This document shows positions 8,537-18,642 of a stretch of 64,000 nucleotides of DNA, piece after piece (position 1 is the first letter of the stretch; the number at the start of each line of letters is the position of its first letter). The DNA lies in the NCBI GenBank assembly GCA_963783305.1, contig CAWAMW010000017.1, positions 256,001-320,000 on the forward strand, read 5' to 3'. The translations under genes were made by a program, and so were the position numbers. The DNA comes from an uncultured Gemmatimonadales bacterium (GTDB lineage: Bacteria; Gemmatimonadota; Gemmatimonadetes; Longimicrobiales; RSA9). The notes under the pieces are model-generated. The model was not told where the DNA came from. It made no database searches and saw nothing but the letters and a program-made list of their open reading frames with translations.

Positions 8537-10504
8537 CTATTCCTGCTCCGGGGCCCCGGCGGCGGGTGAGCCCGACGGCTGCGTGGGCGCCGGATCATCA
8601 TAGTCCCGGATCGGGAAGTTTTCCACGGGACGGGCGAGCGCCTGCCAGTCGACGGGGAGCCCCTCCGCCTGCCTCTCCCGGGGGGTGGGGTAGCGCTCGA
8701 ACTCGTAGCCGTGCTTCCGGTTGAGGTAGAAGTTGATCGCGTTGGCGAGAGGTCCCGACGCGGCGGTGCCGTGGAGTCCGTGAAAGATGAGCATGGCGGC
8801 CACGATCTCCGGCTCTTCACCCTTCGGGCCGCCGATCCCGACGAACCACGCATGGTCGTCACCGCGGGCGTTCTGGGCGGTTCCGGTCTTGCCCATGATG
8901 TCCCAGCGGTCGATCCGGCTGAGGTACGCGGTTCCGCCCGGGGACAGGACCTGCCGCATGCCGCTGCGAATGGCGGCGAGCTGTTCCCTCGTGATGTCGT
9001 ATTCGTGGGCGAACTGCAGCGGCTCCTCCGACTGGACGATCCGCGGGATCGGCATACGCGCGTCAGGGCGACCGAAGGCCGAGACGATCTGAACGAGCTT
9101 CATGGGCGAGACGGTGACGGCACCCTGACCCAGGGACAGCGACATGACCTCCGGCTCCTGCGGAGCGTAGCCGAAGCGGTTGCGGAACCAGTCCACGCCC
9201 GTGGGGAAGATGGAGGCGATCTCGGACGGCATGTCGACGCCCGTGCGCTCACCCAGGCCGAGGGCGGTGCCGCGTTCCATGAAGTTCCGCAGCCCGATGC
9301 GGATGCCCACCTGGTAGAAGTAGACGTCGCAGGAGTTCTTGATCCCGCCGGGCAGGTCGAACCGGCGGCCATGGTTCGTCCAGCAGCGGGCGTAGCGGCC
9401 CTGGTAGCTCATGCCGCCGGTGCATGGCTGGGGCATCTCCTCATCGGCCCTGATGACGCCCGCGGCCAGCGCCATGGCCCCTACTGTCATCTTGAACGTC
9501 GAACCCGGCGGCTGAGCGTCCCCCGTGGCGCGGTTCAGGAGTGGCTTGGTCGGGTCCTCGTTCAGCGCCGTCCATACGCGCGAGCTGATACCGCCGGTGA
9601 AGAGGTTGGGGTCGTAGCTGGGGTTGCTGTACAGCGCCAGCACGCCACCGGTCCGCGGGTCCATGGCCACGAACGCGCCCTCGGCCTTTTCCATGCCCAT
9701 CGAGCGCGCGGTCTCCTGGAGGAGGAAGGCGCCGTAGCGCTGCAGGTCGAGGTCGAGGTGGAGGTGGAGGTCTTTCCCCGGGATGGCGGGCACACCGAGG
9801 GACTCCGGCAGCCACCGTTTGATCCCGCCGCGGGCGTCCACCTCCATGTAGCGCATGCCCGGCTCCCCGCCCAGGATGCGCTCGTACTTCTGTTCGAGCC
9901 CGGCCTTCCCGATCCACCGGCCCTGTCGGTAGTCCGCATAGAGCGGCTCTTCGAGCTCCTTGCTGCTGATCTCGGACACGTATCCCATGAGGTGGGCCAC
10001 CGCCGAGCGCGACGGGTAGTACCGCTTCGGATACTCATGGATCAGGATGTGGGGGAACTCGATCCGCCGCTCCTCGAGGCGAGCCACCTGGTCCAGCGTG
10101 GCATCGTTGAGGACGACCATGGGCCGGTTCGGCGACGCCCGATAGCGCCGGAACGCTGTGGCGGTGTCCTGTTCGGTGAGTCCGAGAACCGGCCAGAGCT
10201 GCGCCACCTTGTTGCGCAGCGTGTCGATCGGGGCGGGCATGAGCTGCACCTGGTATGCGACCCGGTTCTCCGCCACCACCTCGCCGTTCCTGTCGTAGAT
10301 GGTGCCGCGCGGTGCTCGCACCGTGACGGGACGCAGCATGTTCTGGCGCGCCTGCACCGAGAACTCCTCCCCCCGCACCACCTGGATGCGGACCAGGGAG
10401 TATACCAGCCCCAGTATGACGGCACTGACGATCACGCGCGCCCATACCGCGCGCTTCTCGCGTTCCCACCTGGGTGTTTCCGTCCGGCCGTGCCTGCCCC
10501 GCAT
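8537..10504 (-). CDS. mrdA: penicillin-binding protein 2 (class B transpeptidase)
   Basis: N-terminal TM; 'APRGTIYDRNG', 'RYYP', 'GKAGLE'; active-site 'STFK', 'SCD', 'KTG'. Confidence 0.93.
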   Translation of the reverse strand: MRGRHGRTETPRWEREKRAVWARVIVSAVILGLVYSLVRIQVVRGEEFSVQARQNMLRPVTVRAPRGTIYDRNGEVVAENRVAYQVQLMPAPIDTLRNKVAQLWPVLGLTEQDTATAFRRYRASPNRPMVVLNDATLDQVARLEERRIEFPHILIHEYPKRYYPSRSAVAHLMGYVSEISSKELEEPLYADYRQGRWIGKAGLEQKYERILGGEPGMRYMEVDARGGIKRWLPESLGVPAIPGKDLHLHLDLDLQRYGAFLLQETARSMGMEKAEGAFVAMDPRTGGVLALYSNPSYDPNLFTGGISSRVWTALNEDPTKPLLNRATGDAQPPGSTFKMTVGAMALAAGVIRADEEMPQPCTGGMSYQGRYARCWTNHGRRFDLPGGIKNSCDVYFYQVGIRIGLRNFMERGTALGLGERTGVDMPSEIASIFPTGVDWFRNRFGYAPQEPEVMSLSLGQGAVTVSPMKLVQIVSAFGRPDARMPIPRIVQSEEPLQFAHEYDITREQLAAIRSGMRQVLSPGGTAYLSRIDRWDIMGKTGTAQNARGDDHAWFVGIGGPKGEEPEIVAAMLIFHGLHGTAASGPLANAINFYLNRKHGYEFERYPTPRERQAEGLPVDWQALARPVENFPIRDYDDPAPTQPSGSPAAGAPEQE

Positions 10505-10545
10505 CTCGCCTCACTTCATCCGGTCGCGTGCCTGAAAAGCTAAGG

Positions 10546-10560
10546 GCAAGATCCCGGCCA
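10546..10560 (-). promoter_or_regulatory. possible sigma-54 -24/-12 promoter for mrdA
   Basis: Minus strand TGGCCGGGATCTTGC = TGGC-N7-TTGC, 42 nt upstream of the mrdA ATG and just after an NtrC-family gene. Confidence 0.35.
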
Positions 10561-10585
10561 TGGCACTGCGGTCGGCGGCGGCGAG

Positions 10586-11947
10586 TCAGGTCCCGACGGT
10601 GCGGAGCCCGTACCTGTCCATCTTGTCATACAGGGCCGCCCGCGAGATCCCGAGTGCCCGCGCGCTCCGGGACCGGTTCCCCTCGTTGAGCTCGAGGATG
10701 CGTGCCACGTGCCGGCGCTCGACCTCTTCGAGCGTCATGGGGCCGTCACTGGACAGGGGCACCGCGTCCTGGTCGCGCACCTCCGGCGGGAGGTGACGGA
10801 GCCGAATCACGTCGGCGTCCGTGGCGAGGATGAGGATCCGCTCGATGAGGTTCCGCAGCTCCCGGATGTTTCCGGGCCAGCTGTAGCGGACGAGAGCGTC
10901 CAGGGCGGCATCGCCGATCCTGGATGGGCCGCTGTTGATGCGGCGGCGGAGCTCCTCGAGGATATCGTAGATGAGCCGGGCGACGTCCTCGGGTCGGCGC
11001 TCCCGAAGCGGTGGCAGCTCGAGGGGGAGAACGGCGATGCGGTAGTAGAGGTCCTCGCGGAACTCGCCGTGGTCGACGCAGTCGCGCAGCTGGTGGTGGG
11101 TGGCGGCGATGAGGCGCACATCCACGTTGAGCTCGCGCGTGCCACCGAGGCGGCGAAAGCGGCGATCCTCGAGCACCTTCAGGAGCTTGGGTTGCAGCTC
11201 GGGCGCCAGGTCCCCGATCTCATCCAGGAAGATGGTGCCGCCATCGGCGAGCTCGAAGAGCCCCTCCTTCCGCGCGCGCGCGTCCGTGAAAGCGCCCTTC
11301 TCGTGGCCGAACAGCTCCGACTCCAGGAACGTGGCACTGAGCCCACCGCAGTTGACCTCTACGAAGGGCCGCGACCGGCGCGCGGAGCGCTCGTGGATCC
11401 GGCGGGCGACCCAGCCCTTGCCGGTACCGGTCTCCCCCTGGAGGAGGACCGTTCCGTCCGCAGCGGCGATCCGCTCGACCCGCGTGGCGATCTCCTGCAT
11501 CATGGGCGACACGCCGAGCGCACCACCGTCTACGTCCCTGCCATCGGCGGTGGCCAGGACACGGTTGTGCCGCCGCAGCTGCGCCTTCTCCTCCGCACGC
11601 TCCACCACCGCAGAAAGGTGATCGAGCTCGAACGGCTTCGTCAGGTAGTTCTCGGCACCGATCCGCATGGCCTCGACCGCGGTTTCCACGTCGGAGTGGC
11701 CCGTGAGCATGATCACGGTCACGTCCTCGTCGATGTCGCGGAGACGCCGGAGGACGGGGATGCCGTTCAGGTCGGGAAGCTCCACGTCCAGCAGGACCAG
11801 GTCCGGCTGCTCGTCCTCGTACGTCCGGATGGCGCCCGTGCCCGTGGAAGATCCGTGCACCAGCCAACCTCGGCGATCGAAAAAGCGGGATAGGAGGTCG
11901 AGGACCCCCGGGTCGTCGTCCACCAGCAGGATCGACGACGGCATCAC
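10586..11947 (-). CDS. sigma-54-dependent response regulator (NtrC/AtoC family: REC-AAA+-Fis HTH)
   Basis: REC; 'GETGTGK', 'ESELFGHEKGAFTDA', 'FLDEIG', 'FREDLYYR', 'WPGNIREL'; C-terminal HTH. Confidence 0.97.
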   Translation of the reverse strand: MMPSSILLVDDDPGVLDLLSRFFDRRGWLVHGSSTGTGAIRTYEDEQPDLVLLDVELPDLNGIPVLRRLRDIDEDVTVIMLTGHSDVETAVEAMRIGAENYLTKPFELDHLSAVVERAEEKAQLRRHNRVLATADGRDVDGGALGVSPMMQEIATRVERIAAADGTVLLQGETGTGKGWVARRIHERSARRSRPFVEVNCGGLSATFLESELFGHEKGAFTDARARKEGLFELADGGTIFLDEIGDLAPELQPKLLKVLEDRRFRRLGGTRELNVDVRLIAATHHQLRDCVDHGEFREDLYYRIAVLPLELPPLRERRPEDVARLIYDILEELRRRINSGPSRIGDAALDALVRYSWPGNIRELRNLIERILILATDADVIRLRHLPPEVRDQDAVPLSSDGPMTLEEVERRHVARILELNEGNRSRSARALGISRAALYDKMDRYGLRTVGT

Positions 11948-12960
11948 GACACCCGCCGCACCGGGCGAAGGAACACTTTGGCTGCGTGCGCCGCCACCGC
12001 CGGATCGAACTGCCGGCCCGCTTCCTTCTGGATCTCCAGCACCGCCTGCTCGGGCGTCCGTGCCTGCCGGTATGCGCGGGCGGTGGTCATGGCGTCAAAG
12101 GTGTCCGCCACGGAGACGATGCGGGCCGCGAGGGGAATCTCCTCGCCCTCCAGGCCGTCGGGGTAGCCGCGTCCGTCCCAGCGCTCGTGGTGGTGCCGTA
12201 CAATGTCCAGCGCCGTCCGATCCTCGAGGAGGGGAGAGAGGATCTTTACTCCGATGCTCGGGTGCTGACGGATGTGCAGGACCTCGTCCCCGTTCAGCGG
12301 ACCGGCCTTGCCGAGGATCCCTCCCGTGACACCGATCTTGCCGATGTCGTGAAGCTGCGCGCCGATCCTGAGCGACTCCTCGTCCACACCGCCGATGCAC
12401 TGCAGCAGCGATACGGCGTAGTCGCTGACCCGGGCGGAGTGGCCACACGTGTGGATGTCCTTCGCTTCCAGTGCGCCAATCAGCGAACGGATGCTGGAGA
12501 GGTACAACGTCTCGAGCCGCCGCGCCTGTGCCTTGACGCGCTCCTCGAGGGTCTGACGGTACTCCCGGTTCTCGATCAGGAGCCGCCGGTGCTCGGCGGC
12601 ACGGCGGACGGCATGGACTAGCTCCTGGGACTCGAACGGCTTCAGGAGGTAGTCGTCCGTGTCCAGCCGGATGGCCTCGATGGCCGTCTCCAGCGTCGTG
12701 CTGCCGGTGATCACGATGACCTGCGTGGCGCTGTCGCGCTTCTTGAGGGCGCGCGCCAGGTCGAGGCCGGAGCCACCTGGCATGTGCACGTCCGTGAGCA
12801 CGATCCCGAATCCGTCCGCCTCCTCCAGCGCCTGCTGCATCGAGTGGGCGATCCTGCACTCGAACCCGCTCTTTTCCAGCCAGCGGGCGATGGTGCGGGC
12901 GACCGGTTCCTCGTCGTCCACCACCAGCACGCGCTCCACCCTCTTCTCCACCTCCGCCAT
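11944..12960 (-). CDS. response regulator with HD-GYP cyclic di-nucleotide phosphodiesterase domain
   Basis: REC plus 'GHSARV', 'LHDIGK', 'HHERWDGRGYPDGL', 'VADTFDAM'; ATG at 12960 has a GGAGG SD. Confidence 0.95.
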   Translation of the reverse strand: MAEVEKRVERVLVVDDEEPVARTIARWLEKSGFECRIAHSMQQALEEADGFGIVLTDVHMPGGSGLDLARALKKRDSATQVIVITGSTTLETAIEAIRLDTDDYLLKPFESQELVHAVRRAAEHRRLLIENREYRQTLEERVKAQARRLETLYLSSIRSLIGALEAKDIHTCGHSARVSDYAVSLLQCIGGVDEESLRIGAQLHDIGKIGVTGGILGKAGPLNGDEVLHIRQHPSIGVKILSPLLEDRTALDIVRHHHERWDGRGYPDGLEGEEIPLAARIVSVADTFDAMTTARAYRQARTPEQAVLEIQKEAGRQFDPAVAAHAAKVFLRPVRRVS

Positions 12961-13102
12961 GCCGCTACATCCTCCACCTGCTATCGTCCTCAACGATCCG
13001 ATCCCCTGCAAATAGAGTGTCGACCGGAGTCGCGGCGTCCTTTAGGGCGGGTCCAGCCGAGCGAGCGCGAGCGCGGGCACGGGCGCGGCGGGGCCGTACG
13101 GA

Positions 13103-13136
13103 TGAACAAAGCGCCGACACTGGAAGTGCCGGCGCT
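13103..13136 (-). terminator. probable intrinsic terminator of the 13165..13464 gene
   Basis: Minus-strand stem AGCGCCGGCACT/AGTGTCGGCGCT (one G-U pair) followed by TTGTTC. Confidence 0.55.
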
Positions 13137-13164
13137 GAGGGTGCTGCGAAATGCGAGACGCGGC

Positions 13165-13464
13165 TCAGGCCGGCGTCTCCTCCTTCTTCCACTCGGATCC
13201 GGCCGTGTTGCCCTTGCCGTGGCGGATCACCGGACTGCAGTACCGCATGCCGAGCTGCTCCAGCTGCTTGAGCTCCGGCGCCGACAGGTCGGGATACCGC
13301 TCTTCGAGGAACTTCAGTGTATCGTCCATCCACTCCTGCTGCTGGTCGTCGGTCGCTTCGAGAACGCCACACCGGTTGATATGGCTGAAGAGCTCGTCAC
13401 GCGCCTTGTCCAGCGCTGTACGTTCGTGCTTGCCCAATCGTGCCTCCCTATCTTGCGCATACAA
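13165..13464 (-). CDS. small helical hypothetical protein (99 aa)
   Basis: Natural composition ('ARDELFSHINRCGVL...WMDDTLKFLEERYPDL'), GGAG upstream, own terminator; TTG start uncertain. Confidence 0.75.
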   Translation of the reverse strand: MYAQDREARLGKHERTALDKARDELFSHINRCGVLEATDDQQQEWMDDTLKFLEERYPDLSAPELKQLEQLGMRYCSPVIRHGKGNTAGSEWKKEETPA

Positions 13465-13542
13465 TCAAATTTTCATGGCTCCACTTGACCTACCCTGGAA
13501 GGAAAGAATGGTGCCAGCGTCGGAATGTAGAAGGGTGCCCGG

Positions 13543-15144
13543 ATGATGCCAACCCTCGCTCCCCTGACGGACCCCGTCCGCCTGGAGGTATACCGCCACT
13601 TGCTGACGGCGCTGGCGGAGGAAATGGGCGCCACGCTCCGGCGATCCGCATACTCTCCCAACATAAAGGAGCGCCGAGACTACTCCTGCGCGCTCTTCAA
13701 TGCAGCCGGTCAGCCGGTGGCCATGGGGGACCACATGCCGGTGCACCTGGGCGCCATGCCGCTGAGTGTTCGGGCGGCGCTGGACGACCGGGGCCCCCTC
13801 CGGCCGGGGGACGTGGTGGCGCTGAACGACCCGTTTCGCGGTGGCACGCACCTCCCGGACATCACGCTGGTGGCGGCTGTGGCGCGGCCGGGAACGACGG
13901 AGGCGATGGCGTACGTGGCGTCGCGAGCACACCACGCCGACGTGGGCGGCATGGCGCCGGGTTCGATGCCTCTGGCGCGGGAGATCTACCAGGAGGGACT
14001 TCGGATCCCGCCCGTCCTGCTCATGATGGGAGGGGAGAGGAACGAGGACGTGTGGCGGCTGCTGCTGTCGAACGTCCGGACGCCGGTGGAGCGGGAGGGC
14101 GACCTGGACGCGCAGCTGGCTGCGCTCGTGGCCGGCCGCCGCCGGGTGCAGGAACTCGTCGCGCGGAAGGGAGTGGACGAGGTCACCGCCGCCATGGCGG
14201 GGCTCCTCCAGTACGCCGATCGGGTGCTGCGGGCGGGGATCCGGGCTATTCCCGACGGTGTGTACTCCGCCGAGGATTTCCTGGAGGATGATGGCGTGGA
14301 CGAGGGTCCTATCGCGATCCGCGTGCGACTCGTGGTCGCCGGGGACCAGGTGGAGGCGGACTTCACGGGCACCGCGCCTCAGGCGCGCGGCGGGATCAAC
14401 GCGGTGGAGGCCATCACGGCTTCTGCGACCCGCTACGCGCTCCGGCTGGTGGTGGAGCGGCTGCTCGGGCAGCCGCTGCCGGCGGGCGGCGGGGCCATGG
14501 GCGCACTGCGATTGACGGTCCCGCCCGGCACCGTGATCTCCGCGCGGCCGCCGGCGAGCGTAGCCGGCGGGAACGTGGAGACCTCCCAGCGGATCACGGA
14601 TGTGCTGCTGCGCGCGCTCGCGCAGGCCGTGCCGGAGATCGCGGTGGCGCAGTCGCAGGGGACGATGAACAACCTCACGGTAGGCGGGATCGATCCTCGG
14701 ACCGGAGCTCCCTTCGCGTATTACGAGACCATGGCGGGCGGGATGGGGGGCGGTGCGGACGGCGCCGGCCTGTCCGGGGTCCACGTGCACATGACGAACT
14801 CGCTCAACACCCCCGTGGAGGCGCTGGAGCACGCCTACCCGTTCCGGATCCGCCGCTACGCGATCCGGCGCGGCACCGGCGGCGGTGGCCGGCACCCGGG
14901 CGGGGACGGCCTGCGCCGCGATCTCGAACTGCTGGCCGACAGCGACGTGAGCCTCCTGACGGAGAGGCGCGTGACACCGCCCCGCGGAGTGGCGGGCGGC
15001 GGGGATGGCGCGGTAGGTCGGAACGTGTTGATCCGGGACGGCACCGAGCGGGACCTTCCCTCGAAGGGCACCCTGTCATGCCGTGAGGGCGACATCCTCA
15101 GTATCCGCAGCCCGGGGGGTGGGGGCTGGGGGTCGAGCGACTGA
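13543..15144 (+). CDS. hydantoinase B/oxoprolinase family protein
   Basis: 'EEMG..LRRSAYSPNIKERRDYSCALF', 'PVHLGAM', 'NDPFRGGTHLPD', 'HHADVGG', 'QGTMNN', 'MTNSLNTPVE', 'SPGGGGWG'. Confidence 0.95.
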   Translation: MMPTLAPLTDPVRLEVYRHLLTALAEEMGATLRRSAYSPNIKERRDYSCALFNAAGQPVAMGDHMPVHLGAMPLSVRAALDDRGPLRPGDVVALNDPFRGGTHLPDITLVAAVARPGTTEAMAYVASRAHHADVGGMAPGSMPLAREIYQEGLRIPPVLLMMGGERNEDVWRLLLSNVRTPVEREGDLDAQLAALVAGRRRVQELVARKGVDEVTAAMAGLLQYADRVLRAGIRAIPDGVYSAEDFLEDDGVDEGPIAIRVRLVVAGDQVEADFTGTAPQARGGINAVEAITASATRYALRLVVERLLGQPLPAGGGAMGALRLTVPPGTVISARPPASVAGGNVETSQRITDVLLRALAQAVPEIAVAQSQGTMNNLTVGGIDPRTGAPFAYYETMAGGMGGGADGAGLSGVHVHMTNSLNTPVEALEHAYPFRIRRYAIRRGTGGGGRHPGGDGLRRDLELLADSDVSLLTERRVTPPRGVAGGGDGAVGRNVLIRDGTERDLPSKGTLSCREGDILSIRSPGGGGWGSSD

Positions 15145-15147
15145 GAC

Positions 15148-16755
15148 TCACTCCTGGCGCGGCGCCTGGCCGTGCTCGTCCTCCGGCGGTTCCCAGACGA
15201 TGGGCAGTGTCAGGGTGAAGGTGGAGCCCTGGCCGGGCTGGCTCTCGACGTGCAGCCCTCCGCCGAGGAGTTCGGCAAGCCTGCGCGAGATGGCGAGGCC
15301 GAGCCCCGTCCCCGCCTTGCCGGAGCCGGAACGCGCCTGCTCGAACTCGTCGAAGATCCGGTCCACGTCCTCCGGGTCGATCCCTGGCCCCGTGTCGACG
15401 ACCTCGAGCCTGACCCGGGAATCGTCCGCACGCTCCAGTCGGAGCTGCACGCTGCCTTCATCCGTGAACTTGACCGCATTGGACAGGAGGTTGAGCACGA
15501 TCTGCCGGACGCGGGCCGGGTCGGTGCGGACCTCCAGCGCGGGCGGGGTCTGAACCTCCAGGTCGATCCCCTTTTCCTGCGCCTGGAGCTGAATGGAGGT
15601 GGCCGTGTCACGGATCAGCGAGCTCAGGTCCACCTCCTCATCGGCGATCTCCATCTTCCCGGCCTCGATCTTGGAGATGTCGAGGATATCGTCCACGAGC
15701 TCGAGCAGGTGCTGTGCGCTCCGGTTCGCTTTCTCCAGCGCCTCGGTCTGTCGCTCGTTGAGCTGCCCGAAGATCTTCTCCTGGAGAAGGTGGTTGTAGC
15801 CGATGACCGCGTTGATGGGCGTGCGGAGCTCGTGGCTGAGCGAGGCGAAGAACCGGGACCGCTCCGTGATGGCTCGCTCCAGGTCCTCCGCCTGCTGCCG
15901 GGCGCGCTCATTCAGGAGCGAGTGCTCGATGGCTATGGCGGCCTGGCTGCTCAGGTTGCGCAGCAGCGGTCCATCGACGTCCGGGCGCAGCAGGCCTTCG
16001 GCGTGGGCGAGCACCACCACCAGCGCTTCACTGGGACCGCGCCGGACGCACGCCACTCCGCCGGAGCGGTAGTCTTCGTTCAGGTGGGGACGGACCAGCG
16101 AGGCGACCTCATCGGCATTCAGGATCCGCGACCTGGCGGCCTCCCCGTCGTGAAACAAAGCGGCCACGTCGCGGAACAGACGGACGAGTGACCGCTCCTG
16201 AACATCCAGACCGTCCTGGACCCGGAGGCGGGGGTGACCGTTGCGCTCCACAGCCAGCAGCGCGGCGTCCGCCCGGAAGACGCTGCGCGCCTCCGCGGTG
16301 AACTCCTGGGCGACGCTCCGAGGCTCCACGGATCGAAGGAGTGCGTCGGAGATGCGGGCGATGGCGGCGAGCTCATCGTGGCTCCGCTTGATCCGGTTCA
16401 TGGCGGACACGCGCGCGAGGAGCTCCGACTTGCTGCAGCCCTTGCTCAGGAAATCGTACGCACCGAGGTCCAGCCCGCGAACCACCAGCTCATCGGTGGG
16501 CGGGTCGCCCGTGAGGAAAATGACCGGGATCGGCTCAGTCACGGGATCGCGCTTGAGTCGCTCCACCACCTCGAACCCGTCCATCCCTGGCATGTGCACA
16601 TCGAGAATGATCACGTCGGGAAGCCAGCTTCGAGCGGCGTCCAGTCCGTCCGTCCCGCTCCCCGCCGCCCGCACCTGGTGCCCCGCGTCCCCGAGCAGCC
16701 CGGCCAGTGTTAGGCGCGAGATCTTCTGGTCGTCCACCACGAGTATCCTGACCAT
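15148..16755 (-). CDS. hybrid sensor histidine kinase (REC-GAF-like-HisKA-HATPase)
   Basis: N-terminal REC 'MVRILVVDD'; 'SHELRTP', 'NLLSNAVKFT', 'DTGPGI', 'GTGLGL'; ATG overlaps the cheB stop. Confidence 0.93.
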   Translation of the reverse strand: MVRILVVDDQKISRLTLAGLLGDAGHQVRAAGSGTDGLDAARSWLPDVIILDVHMPGMDGFEVVERLKRDPVTEPIPVIFLTGDPPTDELVVRGLDLGAYDFLSKGCSKSELLARVSAMNRIKRSHDELAAIARISDALLRSVEPRSVAQEFTAEARSVFRADAALLAVERNGHPRLRVQDGLDVQERSLVRLFRDVAALFHDGEAARSRILNADEVASLVRPHLNEDYRSGGVACVRRGPSEALVVVLAHAEGLLRPDVDGPLLRNLSSQAAIAIEHSLLNERARQQAEDLERAITERSRFFASLSHELRTPINAVIGYNHLLQEKIFGQLNERQTEALEKANRSAQHLLELVDDILDISKIEAGKMEIADEEVDLSSLIRDTATSIQLQAQEKGIDLEVQTPPALEVRTDPARVRQIVLNLLSNAVKFTDEGSVQLRLERADDSRVRLEVVDTGPGIDPEDVDRIFDEFEQARSGSGKAGTGLGLAISRRLAELLGGGLHVESQPGQGSTFTLTLPIVWEPPEDEHGQAPRQE

Positions 16756-17804
16756 CAGCCGCTCGCTTCCTCGAGGAAGAGGTCCCGGATCGCGCGCGCG
16801 AGCCGATCGAGAGGGAGCACGCGCTCCGCCCACTGGGCGGCCGCCCGAGGCATGCCGTAGATAACCGCGCTCTCCTCCGATTCCGCGAACGTGCGGCCAC
16901 CCGACTCCCGTATGGCGGCCAGTCCCTCCGCGCCATCCTGGCCCATACCGGTCAGCACGGCGGCGACGGCGCCGGGCCCCACGGCGGCGGCCACGGAGCG
17001 GAACAGGAGGTCAACGGAAGGCCGGTGAAGGAGCTGGTCGGGCTCGGAGGGCACCCGCACGATCAGGCCGTCCCGGCTTCGCTCGACGGTCAGCTGCCGC
17101 CCCCCCATGCCCACCAGGGCCACGCCCGGTCGCACCGGCTCCCCGTCCTCCGCTTCACGAACGGCGATGGCCGCCTTGCGATCCAGCCGCTCGGCGAGCG
17201 TGCGGGTGAAGCCGGGCGGCATGTGCTGCGCGATGACCACCCCGGCCGGAAAGTCTGCGGGGAGTCCGAGCAGGATGGACGCAAGCGCCCTCGGTCCGCC
17301 GGTGGATGCCCCGAGTGCAAGGAGATCGTAGAGTGCGGAGGAAGATCTCCGCGGCTGTGGTGGCGCGACCTCTTCGGGCGCGGCCGGCATGGCCGGGACC
17401 CGCGACCCGGCGACGGCGAGAACTTTTTCGCGCAGCGTGGGCGCCAGGTCGTAAATGTCCATGCGCGTTCCCGCAGCGCTCTTGCTGACGAAGTCCACTG
17501 CGCCGAGGTCCAGCGCGGTGAGCGTGGTCTCCGCCCCGGGCTGTGCCTCGGAGCTCAGCACGAGAATGGGTGTCGGGACGGTTCCCATGATTCCCCGAAT
17601 CGCTTCCAGCCCATCCACCTCCGGCATGTTGATGTCGAGAATGACGATGTCCGGGCGGAGCTCCTGCGTCATGCGGATCGCCTCCTCGCCATTCGTGGCC
17701 ATGCCAATGACTTCGAGCCCTTCCAGCGGCGCCAGCATTCGCTCCACGGCGCTGCGGATGAAGGGAGAATCATCCACAACCAGCACTCTCGTCCGCTGCC
17801 CCAC
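16755..17804 (-). CDS. cheB: chemotaxis protein-glutamate methylesterase
   Basis: REC plus catalytic 'GASTGG', 'QHMP', 'LTGMGQDG'. Confidence 0.97.
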   Translation of the reverse strand: MGQRTRVLVVDDSPFIRSAVERMLAPLEGLEVIGMATNGEEAIRMTQELRPDIVILDINMPEVDGLEAIRGIMGTVPTPILVLSSEAQPGAETTLTALDLGAVDFVSKSAAGTRMDIYDLAPTLREKVLAVAGSRVPAMPAAPEEVAPPQPRRSSSALYDLLALGASTGGPRALASILLGLPADFPAGVVIAQHMPPGFTRTLAERLDRKAAIAVREAEDGEPVRPGVALVGMGGRQLTVERSRDGLIVRVPSEPDQLLHRPSVDLLFRSVAAAVGPGAVAAVLTGMGQDGAEGLAAIRESGGRTFAESEESAVIYGMPRAAAQWAERVLPLDRLARAIRDLFLEEASG

Positions 17805-17805
17805 C

Positions 17806-18642
17806 TCACTCCTTCGGTCGCTGATAGTACACGGCTCCGGGCCGGCGCTTCGGAACGAATCTCGTCGGCACCCGGCTCAATGACTCCGCGTGGCCCAGGA
17901 AGAGGTAGCCTCCCGGCCGAACCACCCGGTACAGATTCTCCAACGCGCGTTCCAGCGCGGGCGCATCGAAATAGATCAGGACGTTCCGGCACAGGACGAT
18001 GTCCTGCGCAGGGACGGAATCGGGCCACTCCGGCGCCACGAGGTTCCCTTGCTGGAACTGTGCCGCGGCCCTGAAACGGGGCCGCAGTCGCCATCGCTCC
18101 CGCTCGATGGACTCGAAGTACCGGTCCCGGACCTCGTCATCCAGAGTCCGGAACGCGTGAGGCCGATAAGTGGCCTCCCGGGCGCGGTCGAGGGCTTCGG
18201 GGTCGAGGTCCACGCCGGTGATGGTCACGTCGGAGGTGGCGCCCAGCGCCTCACGTGCGAGAATGGAGAGGGTGTACACCTCCTCGCCCGCTGCGCAGCC
18301 GACGCTCATGAGCCGCAGGGGCCCGCCACGCCCAGCGTGCTCACGGGCGAGCACCCCGAGGATCTCGTCCCTGATCAGATCGAGCTGGTTCGTTTCGCGG
18401 AAGAAGTAGCTCTCGTTGTTCGTCAGGCTGGCGACCAGGCGAGCGCGCTCCGCCTCCCGGTCCGGGTGATAGCGGACGCGGAACAGGAGGCGCTCAAAGG
18501 TATCGAGGTTCAGCGCCGACCTCTGCGGGTCCAGGCGTGCGCGCAGGATCTCGCGTTTTTCAGGCCCGAACCGGAGACCGTACTCCTGGGCGAGCCAGTC
18601 GGAGAAGAGCCGGAACTCGTCATCGGTGAGAGGCGTCGGCAT
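17806..18642 (-). CDS. cheR: chemotaxis methyltransferase
   Basis: 'TNNESYFFRE', 'SVGCAAGEEVY', 'CRNVLIYF', 'LFLGHAESL'; start MPTPL at 18642, coupled to the HEAT gene stop. Confidence 0.95.
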   Translation of the reverse strand: MPTPLTDDEFRLFSDWLAQEYGLRFGPEKREILRARLDPQRSALNLDTFERLLFRVRYHPDREAERARLVASLTNNESYFFRETNQLDLIRDEILGVLAREHAGRGGPLRLMSVGCAAGEEVYTLSILAREALGATSDVTITGVDLDPEALDRAREATYRPHAFRTLDDEVRDRYFESIERERWRLRPRFRAAAQFQQGNLVAPEWPDSVPAQDIVLCRNVLIYFDAPALERALENLYRVVRPGGYLFLGHAESLSRVPTRFVPKRRPGAVYYQRPKE

